Below, piece by piece: positions 1-10,116 of a DNA stretch of 64,000 nucleotides (its first letter is position 1; every line of letters begins with the position of its first letter). The notes beneath the pieces were generated by a model. It did no database searches. It was not told the origin of the DNA and saw nothing but the letters and a program-made list of their open reading frames with translations. Made by a program: the position numbers and the translations under genes. Source of the stretch: an uncultured Gemmatimonadaceae bacterium (GTDB lineage Bacteria > Gemmatimonadota > Gemmatimonadetes > Gemmatimonadales > Gemmatimonadaceae). The stretch is from positions 882,460 to 946,459 of the forward strand of contig CAWBWW010000001.1 in the NCBI GenBank assembly GCA_963792685.1, read 5' to 3'.

Positions 1-1
1 G

Positions 2-1048
2 ATTTATGCCGGCTATGTGATGAACACGGTCGACGTCGGTCGTCTTCGGATCAACGTCGGGCTGCGGGTGGAGAACACTCGCGTCGACTACACGGGACAT
101 CAGGAAGGCACAGACACGACGACGGGCAATACCACCGTGGCGACGGTGTCGGGAAGCTCCACGTACACGGATCTCTTTCCGAGTGTGCAGCTTCGCTACG
201 AGCTGGGCGCTTTCACCAACATTCGCGCCGCGGCCACGAGAGCAATCGCTCGACCGAACTACTACGATCTCGCCCCGCACATCTCAGGCGTCACCTGTGG
301 CGGCACGTGCAATACGGTTGCCAACGCCGCATCCGCTGGTAATCCCGACCTCAAGCCGCAGCACGCGTGGAATTACGATCTGCTGTTCGAGCACTACATG
401 CCCGCTGCAGGCGTGATCTCCGGCGGAGTGTTCTACAAGCAGATCTCCGGCTTCCAGTACGACAAGATCTCGATCTACAACGGCCCCGCGACGCAGTTCA
501 ATGGCAACTACGTCTCGATGCCTGTCAATGGCGGCAACGGACACCTCACCGGCATCGAGGCGGATTACGCGCAGCACCTCACGTTCCTTCCGGGTGCATG
601 GCAGGGACTCGGCTTCGATGTGAACTGGACTCACGTGTGGTCGCGCGGCACGCTGCTGACGGACGCTTCCGACGAACAGCACGTCGGTCTCACCACCTCG
701 CGCGAGGTCGCGCTCCCGCGCCAGTCGCCGAACATCGCCAACGTTGCGCTCGTGTACGACAGCAAGCGCCTCTCGATGCGCGCGGCGTGGCAATATCAGG
801 GCGCGAACATCTCCAGCTATGCAGACGGAACCGCAACCGCCGGTGGCGACACGTACTTCTACGCCCACTCGCAGATCGATGCGAGCGTGATCTACAATCT
901 GACGCACAACGTCTCGCTGCAGCTGCAGGGACTCAACCTCAACAACGCCGTCTTCGGCTTCTTCAACGGAACGCCGAGCGCGCAGTTCAACATTCAGCGG
1001 GAATTCTACGGGCGCAGCTTCATCTTCGGCGCGAAGTACGGCTTCTAA
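2..1048 (+). CDS. TonB-dependent outer-membrane receptor, C-terminal portion (gene starts upstream of the window)
   Basis: The ORF runs from the window edge without an upstream stop. Beta-barrel-type alternating hydrophobic pattern; ends in the characteristic C-terminal aromatic residue (…FIFGAKYGF*). Confidence 0.6.
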   Translation: MYAGYVMNTVDVGRLRINVGLRVENTRVDYTGHQEGTDTTTGNTTVATVSGSSTYTDLFPSVQLRYELGAFTNIRAAATRAIARPNYYDLAPHISGVTCGGTCNTVANAASAGNPDLKPQHAWNYDLLFEHYMPAAGVISGGVFYKQISGFQYDKISIYNGPATQFNGNYVSMPVNGGNGHLTGIEADYAQHLTFLPGAWQGLGFDVNWTHVWSRGTLLTDASDEQHVGLTTSREVALPRQSPNIANVALVYDSKRLSMRAAWQYQGANISSYADGTATAGGDTYFYAHSQIDASVIYNLTHNVSLQLQGLNLNNAVFGFFNGTPSAQFNIQREFYGRSFIFGAKYGF

Positions 1049-1130
1049 CTTCCGCTTTCCTAATTTGAGCGCGGCCGTGGCCCACGATCCACGGCCGCGC
1101 TCATTTCATCCAACATCATCGCGAGTGTAC

Positions 1131-3738
1131 ATGCACCGTCTCCTCATCGCACTTCTCGCGTCGCTGTCGCTGCTGCCGCCGTCAGCGCTCCGCGCGCAGC
1201 ACGACGGTACCGCCTACTCCGGCTACCATCTCGCCGGACGCATCCCGCTGGGCAGCGCCGAGGGGTGGGATTATCTGGCGTTCGAGCCAGGCTCGCGCCT
1301 GCTCTACATCTCGCACGAGCACGACGTGCTCGTCGTGGACCCGACGAGCGGCCGCATCGTGAACACGATCACGCACACACCCGGCGTACACGGGATCGCG
1401 TTCGCTCCACTGCTGCGCCGCGGCTTCATCACGAACGGTGACGACTCCAGCGCGACGATCTTTTCGCTCGACGACAGGCACGTGCTCGGCCACGTTCGCA
1501 CGGGCGCCGATCCCGACGCCATCGCGTTCGACTCCGCATCGGGACGCGTGTTCACGATGAACGGAAAGGGGCAGAGCACCACGGCCATCAACGCCGCGAC
1601 GGGCAAGGTAGAAGGGACCATCGCGCTGGGCGGCGGACCCGAGTCCGCAGTGGCCGACGGGCGCGGGCACCTCTTCGTCAACATCGAGACCACGAACGAG
1701 CTCGTCGAGATTGATACGCGCGGCCTCGTGCTCGAGCACCGGTGGCCGGTCGCGCCGTGCGCCACACCATCCGCACTCTCGATGGACCGCGAGCGCCGGC
1801 GTCTCTTCCTCGGCTGCCGCAATCACGTGCTGGCCGTCGTCGACGCCAATGACGGGCACGTGATGCAATCGTTCACGATCGGCGACCACGTGGATGCGAG
1901 CGTGTTCGACACGGAACGAGGCCTCGTCTTCGCGTCGAACGGCGACGGCACCGTGAACGTGCTCGGGCAGAGCGGCGACTCGCTCGCGATGCTCGACACC
2001 GTCAAGACGCAGCCGGGCGCCAAGACGATGACCTTCGATCCGGCTACGCACGAGCTGTATCTCGTCACGGCGAAGCGTGCACAGCGCGCCGGCGGAAAGG
2101 GGGAGACGCTTCCCGGCAGCTTCACGTTGCTGCGCTTCGCGCCGGGCGCGGGAGCATCGAGCGCACTCGGCGCGGCGCCGGCGTCGCTGGTCGTGCTGAT
2201 CGCGATCGACCAGATGCGCCCCGATTACTTCGAACGGTGGAAGGCCCAGTTCACCGGCGGCCTTGGCCGCATCCGCGCGCAGTCCGCGTTCTTCCCGAAC
2301 GGATTGCAGAATCACGCCAACACCGAGACCGCGCCGGGTCATTCGACGATGCTCTCTGGGCGCGAGCCCACGCACACCGGAGTCGTGAGCAACGACCGCG
2401 GCGTTCCCGATCTCGCCGCTCCACTCATCGATGCGAAGGGCCCCGGTGCATTGCCGCGCCGCTTCCTCGGCACCACGCTGTACGACTGGATGCGCATCAA
2501 GGATCCGCGCTCACGCGTGCTCTCGGTCTCGCGAAAAGATCGCGGCGCCATTCTCCCCGTTGGCCGCGCGAAGGGCCCGGTCTTCTGGTACGCCGACGGT
2601 GGCTTCACCACCAGCCAGTACTATGGTGACACCCTTCCCACGTGGGTCGACGAGCTTCAACGCCCGGCACGGCGCCGACGCGCTGGCCGGCACGAAGTGG
2701 GAGCTGCTTCGCCCGGCGTCGGACTACGCCGAGCCGGATTCGATGCCGTTCGAGCACGGTGGGAGCGAGGTCACCTTCCCGCACGCGTTCCCAGCGACGG
2801 CGAAGGAAGTCCGCGCGCAGCTGTCGGGATTCCCGGCGATGGATTCGCTCACGCTCGCCTTCGCGCTCGAGGGAATCCACACGCTCGCGCTCGGCAAAGG
2901 CGACGCACCCGATCTGCTCTCGATCTCACTCTCGACGACGGACGCCGTCGGCCACGCGTACGGTCCCGACTCGCGCGAGATGCACGATCATCTCCTGCAT
3001 CTCGACAAATGGCTGGGCGTTTTTCTCGATTCGCTCGCGACGATGGTGCCCGTGAACCGGATCGTGCTCGCACTCACCGCTGATCACGGAGTGACGTCGT
3101 TCCCCGAATACCTGACGTCAGTGAAGCACGTGCGCGCGGGCCGGCTCTCGCTCGATGGCGTGGCGCAGTCGCTCTCCACCGATCTCTCAACTCGCTACGC
3201 GGTCGATTTCGCGGTGGACTTCAACAGCGGATTGCTCACCGCAGACACGAGCGCGCTCCGCGCTCGTGGGCTCGACGTCGACAGCGTGGCGCGCGCAGTC
3301 GCGAAACAGATCGAAGGACGCGGCGGAATCAAGCACGTGTACACGCCGCACATGCTCGCGAGCGCGAAGCCGGGCGACATCAATGCGCTCCGCTGGCGCA
3401 ATGCCATTCCCCCGGAGGTGCAGTGGCTCGTGTGCGTCGTGGCGAGCCCGAACTTCGTCTGGTCTTCGGGGAAGTTGTCAGCCGAGCATGGGACGCTCAA
3501 CGACGATGATGTCGGTGTCCCGATCGCATTCATGGGCGCCGGAATTCCGGCGCACACGTTCACTCGCGCGGCGCGCACCGTAGACATCGCGCCGACGCTC
3601 GCCGCGTACCTTGGCGTACATCCAACGGAGCGCCTCGATGGCGTGACGCTCACCGAGGTGGTACGGGGCGCACGAAAGACGGTCGTCACTCGTAGCGCGG
3701 CCTCAGCAGGCGCCCGCTCGGCGAGCGCATCGCCCTGA
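1131..3738 (+). CDS. Secreted fusion protein: YVTN-type beta-propeller repeat domain joined to an alkaline-phosphatase/nucleotide pyrophosphatase (type I phosphodiesterase) family domain. One apparent frame break near 2645-2655.
   Basis: Signal-peptide-like N-terminus (MHRLLIALLASLSLLPPSALRAQ). Repeated propeller blades, then the phosphatase motifs …IAIDQMRPDYFERW… and …APGHSTMLSGREPTHTGVVSND… in the same reading frame. The C-terminal half (…DAVGHAYGPDS… HDHLLHLDKWLGVFLD… LTADHG…) continues in the +1 frame (ORF 2431..3738). Confidence 0.55.
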
Positions 3739-3806
3739 GCCACTGACGCTCGCGCGCGACCCTTCCCTCGCTCATACTTTCGAAGGACTGAAAGACAGGG
3801 TCGCGC

Positions 3807-5165
3807 ATGCTCGTGCTCGTGCTGGCGTTCCTCGGAGGGGTGCTCACGATCCTGAGCCCGTGCATCCTGCCGATCGTTCCGCTGGTGTTCGCTCGCTCCT
3901 CACACAGCTTCTGGCGCGAGATCGTCCCGATGCTGGGCGGTCTCGCACTCGCGTTCACCGCGGCGGCACTCATTGCCACGACAGCCGTGCGCTGGCTCGT
4001 GCTCGCGAACATCGCCGGGCGCGACATTGCGCTCGCGCTCTTCGCGCTCGTCGGCATAACGCTCGTCTCCACGCGTGCCGCGGAATGGATCGCTCGCCCG
4101 GCCACGCGCGCAGGCGCCGCGCTCCTCGGCGTCCACGATCGCGATGCGATTGCGGCGCCGTCGGTCAACATCCTTATCGGCGCGGGTATCGGGTTGCTTT
4201 GGGCGCCCTGCGCAGGTCCCATCCTTGGAATTCTGATCGCCGCGGCGTCCACCACCACAGCGCCGCACGCCGCGACGATGTTCCTCACCTTTGCGCTCGG
4301 AGCCGCCATGTCGCTCGCCGCAGTTCTCACCGCCGGTGCAAGGCTGATCGCGCGGATCAAGCGCGCGGGAGCCACAGAAGTCGCCGTACGTCGCGTGTTC
4401 GGAGTCGCGACGCTCATCACCGTCGCGGCAATCTTCCTCGGCTACGATCAGCTGCTCTTCGGAAAGGGCGGCCTCGTACAGACCGCGAGCGCTGAAGAGC
4501 ATCTCGTGTCTGCACTCGCGCCCGAACGCGCGCAGCCGCACCCGCCCGGCATGTCGCTCGACGAATTCGCCGCGGAAGAGGATGCCCTCGCCGCCGCGAT
4601 CCATCTCGACAAGGCGGATGGCGACCTGCCGGGCTTCGATGGTGGTACGGAGTGGATCAACTCCGGCGCGCTGACTCCGCAGTCGCTCAAGGGAAAAGTC
4701 GTTCTCGTCGATTTCTGGACGTTTATGTGCTACAACTGCCTGAACGCACTCCCGCACGTGAAGGAGCTCTACGCCAAGTACAAGGATCGGGGCTTTGTAG
4801 TCGTCGGCGTGCACACGCCCGAGCTGTCGCCCGAGCGCGTGCCACAGAACGTGCGCGATGCAGTGAAGCGGCTCGGCATCATCTTCCCGGTCGTCATCGA
4901 CAACGACAATCGGATCTGGAACGCGTACCACAATCAGTACTGGCCGGCGGCGTACTTTGCGGACGCCACGGGGAAGCTGCGCTTCTACAACTTCGGCGAA
5001 GGTCGCTACGACGAGCAGGACAAGGTCGTCGCCAAGCTGCTGGCCGAGCGCGATGCGGCGGCGAAGCCCTCCATGAACACGTCGAGGATCGATCGAGACA
5101 GTGCGTCACGCGATCCGCACGTCGTCGGCTCCGCGCGCGCCGCGATGCCGTCGCGCCCGCGGTAG
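3807..5165 (+). CDS. DipZ-like cytochrome-c-biogenesis/disulfide reductase: N-terminal CcdA/DsbD transmembrane domain fused to a C-terminal thioredoxin-like domain
   Basis: Multiple TM helices with conserved Cys (…LSPCILP… [11 protein letters not shown]…). C-terminal thioredoxin fold with CxxC (…[20 protein letters not shown]…). Confidence 0.7.
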   Translation: MLVLVLAFLGGVLTILSPCILPIVPLVFARSSHSFWREIVPMLGGLALAFTAAALIATTAVRWLVLANIAGRDIALALFALVGITLVSTRAAEWIARPATRAGAALLGVHDRDAIAAPSVNILIGAGIGLLWAPCAGPILGILIAAASTTTAPHAATMFLTFALGAAMSLAAVLTAGARLIARIKRAGATEVAVRRVFGVATLITVAAIFLGYDQLLFGKGGLVQTASAEEHLVSALAPERAQPHPPGMSLDEFAAEEDALAAAIHLDKADGDLPGFDGGTEWINSGALTPQSLKGKVVLVDFWTFMCYNCLNALPHVKELYAKYKDRGFVVVGVHTPELSPERVPQNVRDAVKRLGIIFPVVIDNDNRIWNAYHNQYWPAAYFADATGKLRFYNFGEGRYDEQDKVVAKLLAERDAAAKPSMNTSRIDRDSASRDPHVVGSARAAMPSRPR

Positions 5166-5169
5166 CAGA

Positions 5170-5833
5170 CTAGCGCGACGCGGCCGTGTACGCCTGCTCG
5201 AAGTGGTCGAGCTCCGACGCCGCTGCGTCGGACACGGCCCAGTAGCTGAGATCGCGATCCGTCCAGTGCACCAGCGAGTATGCCTGGTACGAAGACACCG
5301 GCGGGCCGTCGCTGCGCGCGCTTTCGGGCCAGATGAAGAGATTGATCGTGTGCAGCCCTCGCCGGTACACGAGCGCCGCCGCGGTATGCCCGGCGATGAA
5401 CTCGACGCGTCCGCCGACCAGCGTGAATCCCGCGTCCTGCAGCTCGGGAACGTGCGGTGAGAACGGCACCTTCCCGCGAACCAGGGCTTCACGGTGTGAT
5501 GGTCGCTCGACGGAACGTCGACGAGATGATCGGCCATCAACGATCGAACGTGCGTGTCCACCAGCGTCTCGATGAACCGCTGCTGCGCCGATCGCGCGAT
5601 CCGTCGCTCGCGGTGTACGCGCGCTGGCCCACCCATCCCGTTGCTGCCGCAATGACGAGCCCCGCCGCGTAGGCCATACGCCGCACGGCAGCTCCCCGCC
5701 ATGGGCGCTGCCGTTCGCGCGACGCACCCGCTGCCTGCGAGCGGGCCCATTCGTGCAGCGCCGCTGGTGCCTCGTAGGTCGGGAGCGATGTGCGAATTGC
5801 ATCGCCGATCGAATGCGGAGGCTGCGCCGTCAT
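5170..5833 (-). CDS. Anti-sigma factor partner of the ECF sigma factor; apparently disrupted by two frame breaks (~5570 and ~5475)
   Basis: ATG overlaps the sigma-factor stop (ATGA at 5830-5833). N-terminal segment with a TM helix (…[17 protein letters not shown]…) in one frame. The conserved anti-sigma motif …[39 protein letters not shown]… is in a second frame. The C-terminal …[50 protein letters not shown]… is in a third frame. Confidence 0.45.
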
Positions 5834-6354
5834 CCGTACTCCTCTTCTTCTGAAGATGCGAGCCCGCCGAGCATGCCGGCGAGTCTCGTGCGTGCGCGCG
5901 ACAACCGTGACATGACGGTGCCGAGCGGTACTTCCGTGATCGTGGCGATCTCCTCGTACGTACACTGCTGCAGCTCGCGAAGAATGATCGTCTCGCGCAG
6001 CATCTCGGGGAGCGTCGCCACCGCCTCGCGAACGCGGTGCTGCAGGATTGCTCGCCCCGCATCACTGTCGGTCTGCGCCTTCGGGTCCACGAGCTGCAGC
6101 TCCGGAACTTCATCGAAGGAGATGGTAGCGACCTGCGGCTGCCGCCGTCCATAGCACTCGCGCCGGACGATCGCGAGCAGCCATGCACGCGCGCCGGCGT
6201 CGCTGCGCAGCGTTCCGAAGTAGCGAACCGCTCGGAGAATCGCCTCCTGCGTCGCGTCTTCGGCCTCGCTAGCGTCCCGTGTCAGATAGCGCGCAAGCGT
6301 GTACGCCGCATTGAGGTGCGGGAGAACTACGCGTTCGAAGCGCGTGTCATCCAC
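5830..6354 (-). CDS. ECF-family RNA polymerase sigma-70 factor
   Basis: Sigma-70 region 2 (…[36 protein letters not shown]…) and region 4 HTH (…[31 protein letters not shown]…). Overlaps the upstream gene by 8 nt. Confidence 0.8.
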   Translation of the reverse strand: MDDTRFERVVLPHLNAAYTLARYLTRDASEAEDATQEAILRAVRYFGTLRSDAGARAWLLAIVRRECYGRRQPQVATISFDEVPELQLVDPKAQTDSDAGRAILQHRVREAVATLPEMLRETIILRELQQCTYEEIATITEVPLGTVMSRLSRARTRLAGMLGGLASSEEEEYG

Positions 6355-7651
6355 GGACGACGATGCTTCCCGTCATCGTCGGATGCAGCGAGCAGAAATA
6401 CTCGAACCTTCCCGGCCGCGTCATCTGCACCTCGTAACTCGCTTTCGTATCGAGAACGGTAGACGGCGCGAACGCACTCGTCACGCTCTGGATGCGATGT
6501 GGCACATCGTCATCGTTGCGCCACGTCACGCGATCGCCGCTCCCAACTTCGATCACCTTCGGCGTGAACGCGAAGTTCGAGATGGATACGGATCCCTTCA
6601 CCGCAGTCGCGACACCCGCCGCTGGCGCTGCGGCCACACTCGCTCGCGCTGCCGCCTCTCCCGCCGCCATCGCCGCATCGGGCGACGCACCGGAAATGGT
6701 GTCGTTCACCACCGCGAGATGCCGGTGCTGCGCCACGTACTCCACTCGCGTGATGCCCAGCACGTCGCGCAGCTGGTTCGCTGGCACCACCATCGGTCCT
6801 GGCGCCGGTGCCGTGCCCGGCCGCGGCTGCGGAAATGCCGTCGACAGCGCCGTGTGAAATACGACGTTCCCCTCCACTTTCTGCATGGTCTGGTGGATGT
6901 GGCCATTGAGAACGGTCACCGAGCCGAATCGCTTGAGATAACCGAGCGCTCGTGCGCCATCGTCCGTGCCCCATCCCCACTCTGGATATACAGTCCACAG
7001 CGGGACGTGCGCAAACACCACTAGTGGCGTGCTCGCGGAGAGGTGCTTCACGTCCTTCTCGAGCCACTCGAGCTGTTCGCCGCCGAGCGTGCCGAGTCCT
7101 CCCGCCTTCAGGTCGAACACATTGACGAGACCTATGAAGTGCACGCCGCTGTGATCGAAGCTGTACCACCCGCCCGAGCCCGTGCCGCGCTGTGTTCTCG
7201 CGCCATAGCGCTCCAGATAGCTCTTCCCCGCATCGATGCCGACATCGTGCTCGCCCGGAACGAAGAACACGTCCTTCGTGCGTGAGGCACGCAGCACCTG
7301 ATCCGCCGTGTCGAACTCCGCGGGCTTTGCGAGCTGACTGATGTCGCCGGTGTGGAGCAGAAAGGCGGGCGCCACAGGCAGGGCGTCGATCTTGGCCACG
7401 GCTGCCTGCATCGTCGCAGTGACATCTGCGTTCGCCGCCTTGTTGAACCCAATGTGGCTGTCACTGATCTGAACGAAGAAGAGATCTCCCTTCCCCGGCC
7501 GTATGCTACCGAGCGTCCCGGACTTGGGGACGCCGCCACGCATGGTCCATAGAAGGCCCGTCCCAGCCCACGCCATGCAGCTGAGAAAGCCGCGGCGATC
7601 GACGTCGGCGCCGAGAAGGTCGATTTCGCTTGTTTCGGAGGTGTCGGGCAT
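6347..7651 (-). CDS. Tat-secreted calcineurin-like metallophosphoesterase with a C-terminal cupredoxin (blue-copper, amicyanin/pseudoazurin-like) domain
   Basis: Twin-arginine signal (…DRRGFLSCMAWAGTGL…). Metallophosphoesterase motifs (…FVQISDSHIG… HTGDISQ… GEHD… GHIHQ…). C-terminal …DVPHRIQSV…YEVQMTRPGRFEYFCSLHPTMTGSIVV, matching type-1 copper ligands H…C…H…M. Confidence 0.65.
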   Translation of the reverse strand: MPDTSETSEIDLLGADVDRRGFLSCMAWAGTGLLWTMRGGVPKSGTLGSIRPGKGDLFFVQISDSHIGFNKAANADVTATMQAAVAKIDALPVAPAFLLHTGDISQLAKPAEFDTADQVLRASRTKDVFFVPGEHDVGIDAGKSYLERYGARTQRGTGSGGWYSFDHSGVHFIGLVNVFDLKAGGLGTLGGEQLEWLEKDVKHLSASTPLVVFAHVPLWTVYPEWGWGTDDGARALGYLKRFGSVTVLNGHIHQTMQKVEGNVVFHTALSTAFPQPRPGTAPAPGPMVVPANQLRDVLGITRVEYVAQHRHLAVVNDTISGASPDAAMAAGEAAARASVAAAPAAGVATAVKGSVSISNFAFTPKVIEVGSGDRVTWRNDDDVPHRIQSVTSAFAPSTVLDTKASYEVQMTRPGRFEYFCSLHPTMTGSIVVRG

Positions 7652-7711
7652 CGAAGTCCGGTTGTGCGAGGTGAAGTGCGTCTCGCTAACAGGACCACGC
7701 CGGTCACTATT

Positions 7712-8221
7712 TTATTCCCGGCTTTCTCGATCGAGAGGTTTTTCGAAGCAGATACACCCGTCCTTCCCCTCGTAAATCCCGTAGCCCGGGATGCGGACGT
7801 ACCCCATTCCCTCGTACAGCGCGATCGCGGCCGTCTGCAGATGTCGAGTCTCCAGCCGCACGGTGGCGTAGCCGCTCTCCCTCACCATCTCTTCGAGGGC
7901 GCTCAGCATCGCTTTCGAGTAGCCGCGACCGCGGTGTGCGCGGTCCACGAACATGCGCTTGATCTCCGCAATTCCGGGCTCGAGCGGGCGATAGCCGCCG
8001 CACGCCACTGCCGCCCCTCCAACGCGGCCCACGACGAACCCGCTCCCGGGCACCAGCACGTCTTCGGGCTTGAAGTTGCCATGCCCGTCGATTTTGTGGT
8101 CGTACGTCGCGGATACCTCCGCGATCATGGCACGAAGGAGCGCTGCGACTTCCGGCTCACGAGGATCGATGCGAGTGATCTCGAGCGCTGGAGATGGTGC
8201 GGTCGGAGATGGTGCGGTCAT
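7712..8221 (-). CDS. GNAT-family N-acetyltransferase
   Basis: Acetyl-CoA binding motif region (…IKRMFVDRAHRGRGYSKAMLSALEEMV…). The longer ORF call 7712..9160 looks like a spurious N-terminal extension; ATG at 8219-8221. Confidence 0.7.
   Translation of the reverse strand: MTAPSPTAPSPALEITRIDPREPEVAALLRAMIAEVSATYDHKIDGHGNFKPEDVLVPGSGFVVGRVGGAAVACGGYRPLEPGIAEIKRMFVDRAHRGRGYSKAMLSALEEMVRESGYATVRLETRHLQTAAIALYEGMGYVRIPGYGIYEGKDGCICFEKPLDRESRE
8190..8219. repeat. Perfect 15-bp tandem duplication (ggagatggtgcggtc x2), encoding the repeated TAPSP TAPSP at the N-terminus of the GNAT protein
   Basis: Read directly from the sequence at 8190-8204 and 8205-8219. Confidence 0.8.
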
Positions 8222-8306
8222 GGCGGGCGCAGAGTGGGGATGAGCGGCAAACGGAAATATCGTTGGCGCGCGGCGCGCTTCAACTCGAAGTAGATTTTGC
8301 TGCACT

Positions 8307-9131
8307 ATGACTGTTCCTTCTTCGAGCAGCCCCGCGCCCGGCTCTCCCTCGGTGCAGTGCCCGAGCTGCGGCGCGCAGGCTAGTGGACATTTCTGTGCAA
8401 GCTGCGGCTCGCCGCTCGCCGGCGCGCGCTGCGCCGCCTGCGCCACAATGCTCACTCCGGGCGCGAAGTTCTGCCATCGCTGCGGCACCGCCGCCGGCAC
8501 CGGTGGCGCCCCGCGCGCAGACTCGACCTCGAGCGCCCTCCCGTGGGCCATTGCAGGCATCGCGCTCGTGAGCCTCATCGCGCTGCTGGCGGGCCAGCGC
8601 TTCCGCTCCGCCCCAGCCTCCGAAGTTGCGCAATCCCCCGCGCAGAGCGCGCCGCAGACCGAAGCCGACGCTGGTCCCGCGCCCGATGCCGCGACCGCCG
8701 GTGCTCGCCCGCCCGACATCTCGAATATGTCCCCTCGCGAGCGCGCGGACCGCCTCTTCGATCGGATCATGCGCCTCGATACCGAGGGGAAGAAGGACAG
8801 CGTGCAGTTCTTCGCGCCAATGGCAATGTCCGCGTACGAGATGATCCCGAATCCCGATGCGGATGCCCGCTTCGACATGGGCAGGATCGCCCTGGTTGCC
8901 GGTGCCGTCCCCGCGGCGAAGAGCGAGGCCGACAGCATTCTCGCGAGGCAGCCCACACATCTCCTCGGCCTCGTCCTCGCCATGCAGGCCGCACGCTCCA
9001 GCGGCGACGCCGCGGGCGCGACCGCGTACCGCGCGAAGCTGCGCGCCGCGCAGAAGCCGGAGCTCGCCAAGAAGCTTCCCGAGTACGACCGCCACATCGC
9101 CGACATTCGAGACGCGCTCGCAGGGAAATAG
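8307..9131 (+). CDS. Double zinc-ribbon membrane protein (N-terminal CxxC…CxxC x2, one TM helix, C-terminal helical domain)
   Basis: …VQCPSCGAQASGHFCASCGSPLAGARCAACATMLTPGAKFCHRCG… followed by the hydrophobic stretch LPWAIAGIALVSLIALLAG. Confidence 0.5.
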   Translation: MTVPSSSSPAPGSPSVQCPSCGAQASGHFCASCGSPLAGARCAACATMLTPGAKFCHRCGTAAGTGGAPRADSTSSALPWAIAGIALVSLIALLAGQRFRSAPASEVAQSPAQSAPQTEADAGPAPDAATAGARPPDISNMSPRERADRLFDRIMRLDTEGKKDSVQFFAPMAMSAYEMIPNPDADARFDMGRIALVAGAVPAAKSEADSILARQPTHLLGLVLAMQAARSSGDAAGATAYRAKLRAAQKPELAKKLPEYDRHIADIRDALAGK

Positions 9132-9168
9132 CCGCGTCTTCGCTCGCTCGACCATTTCACCGAGTCAC

Positions 9169-10011
9169 ATGCCGACCAAGACGATTCACGTCGCCCACAG
9201 CCCCGACTCCGACGACGCGTTCATGTTCTACGCGCTCGCCGAAGGGAAGATCGATACGGGCGACCTTCGCTACGTGCACGAGCTGCAGGACATCGAATCG
9301 CTCAACCAGCGCGCGCTCAAGGCGGAGCTCGAGGTCACGGCCGTCTCGATTCACGCGTATGCCTATCTCACCGAGCGATACGCGCTCTTGCCGCACGGCT
9401 CCTCCATGGGCGATCGCTATGGGCCTCGACTCGTCGCACGGGAGCCGTTCACGCGCGCACAAGTGCGCGGCAAGCGGATCGCGGTGCCCGGCCCGCTCAC
9501 CACTGCGTATCTCTCGCTTCAGCTCTATGAGCCCGAGTTCGAAGCGGTGATGACTCCCTTCGATCAGATCGAGGATGCGGTGGTGAACGGCGACGTCGAT
9601 GCGGGGTTGCTCATCCACGAGGGGCAGCTGACGTTCGGCGAGCGCGGGCTTCATCTCATCGCCGACATGGGCGAGTGGTGGTTCCAGGAAACCGGTCTTC
9701 CCCTCCCACTCGGCGGCAACGTCGTGCGCAAGGATCTCGGGGAGGATCTCATTCGTACCGTTTCGCGCCATCTACGCGCGAGCATTGCGTACGGGCTGGA
9801 GCACCGCGTGAAGGCTCTCGACCATGCGATGCAGTTCTCCCGCGGGCTGGATCGCGGCAAGGCCGACGAGTTCGTGGGGATGTACGTGAACGACTGGACG
9901 CTCGACTACGGCGAGCGGGGACGCGCGGCCGTTCGCGCACTGCTGGAGCGCGGCGTCGAGCGAGGTTTGATCGATCGGCCGGTCTCGATCGAGTTCGTCG
10001 ACGATGATTAG
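9169..10011 (+). CDS. MqnA/MqnD-family protein (futalosine-pathway menaquinone biosynthesis; closest to MqnD 1,4-dihydroxy-6-naphthoate synthase)
   Basis: N-terminal …IHVAHSPDSDDAFMFYALAEGKIDTG…, characteristic of the VitK2_biosynth family. ~280 aa. Confidence 0.5.
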   Translation: MPTKTIHVAHSPDSDDAFMFYALAEGKIDTGDLRYVHELQDIESLNQRALKAELEVTAVSIHAYAYLTERYALLPHGSSMGDRYGPRLVAREPFTRAQVRGKRIAVPGPLTTAYLSLQLYEPEFEAVMTPFDQIEDAVVNGDVDAGLLIHEGQLTFGERGLHLIADMGEWWFQETGLPLPLGGNVVRKDLGEDLIRTVSRHLRASIAYGLEHRVKALDHAMQFSRGLDRGKADEFVGMYVNDWTLDYGERGRAAVRALLERGVERGLIDRPVSIEFVDDD

Positions 10012-10116
10012 CACCTCCTAATTTCGCGCGGTTACAGCGCCCCAAAAGACGTCGTCCTCTTACGCGGGCTTGCGCTCTGTCACGCCGCGTGTGGATGTCT
10101 TCCATCGTGATTCGAT

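Noticed and set aside
3900-4931. 343-aa minus-strand ORF
   Set aside because: Antisense to the DipZ-like gene; R/E-rich nonsense composition.
7712-9160. 482-aa extension of the GNAT ORF
   Set aside because: The N-terminal 310 codons are antisense to the better-supported zinc-ribbon gene 8307..9131 and are Ala/Arg/Gly low-complexity. The GNAT starts at 8221.
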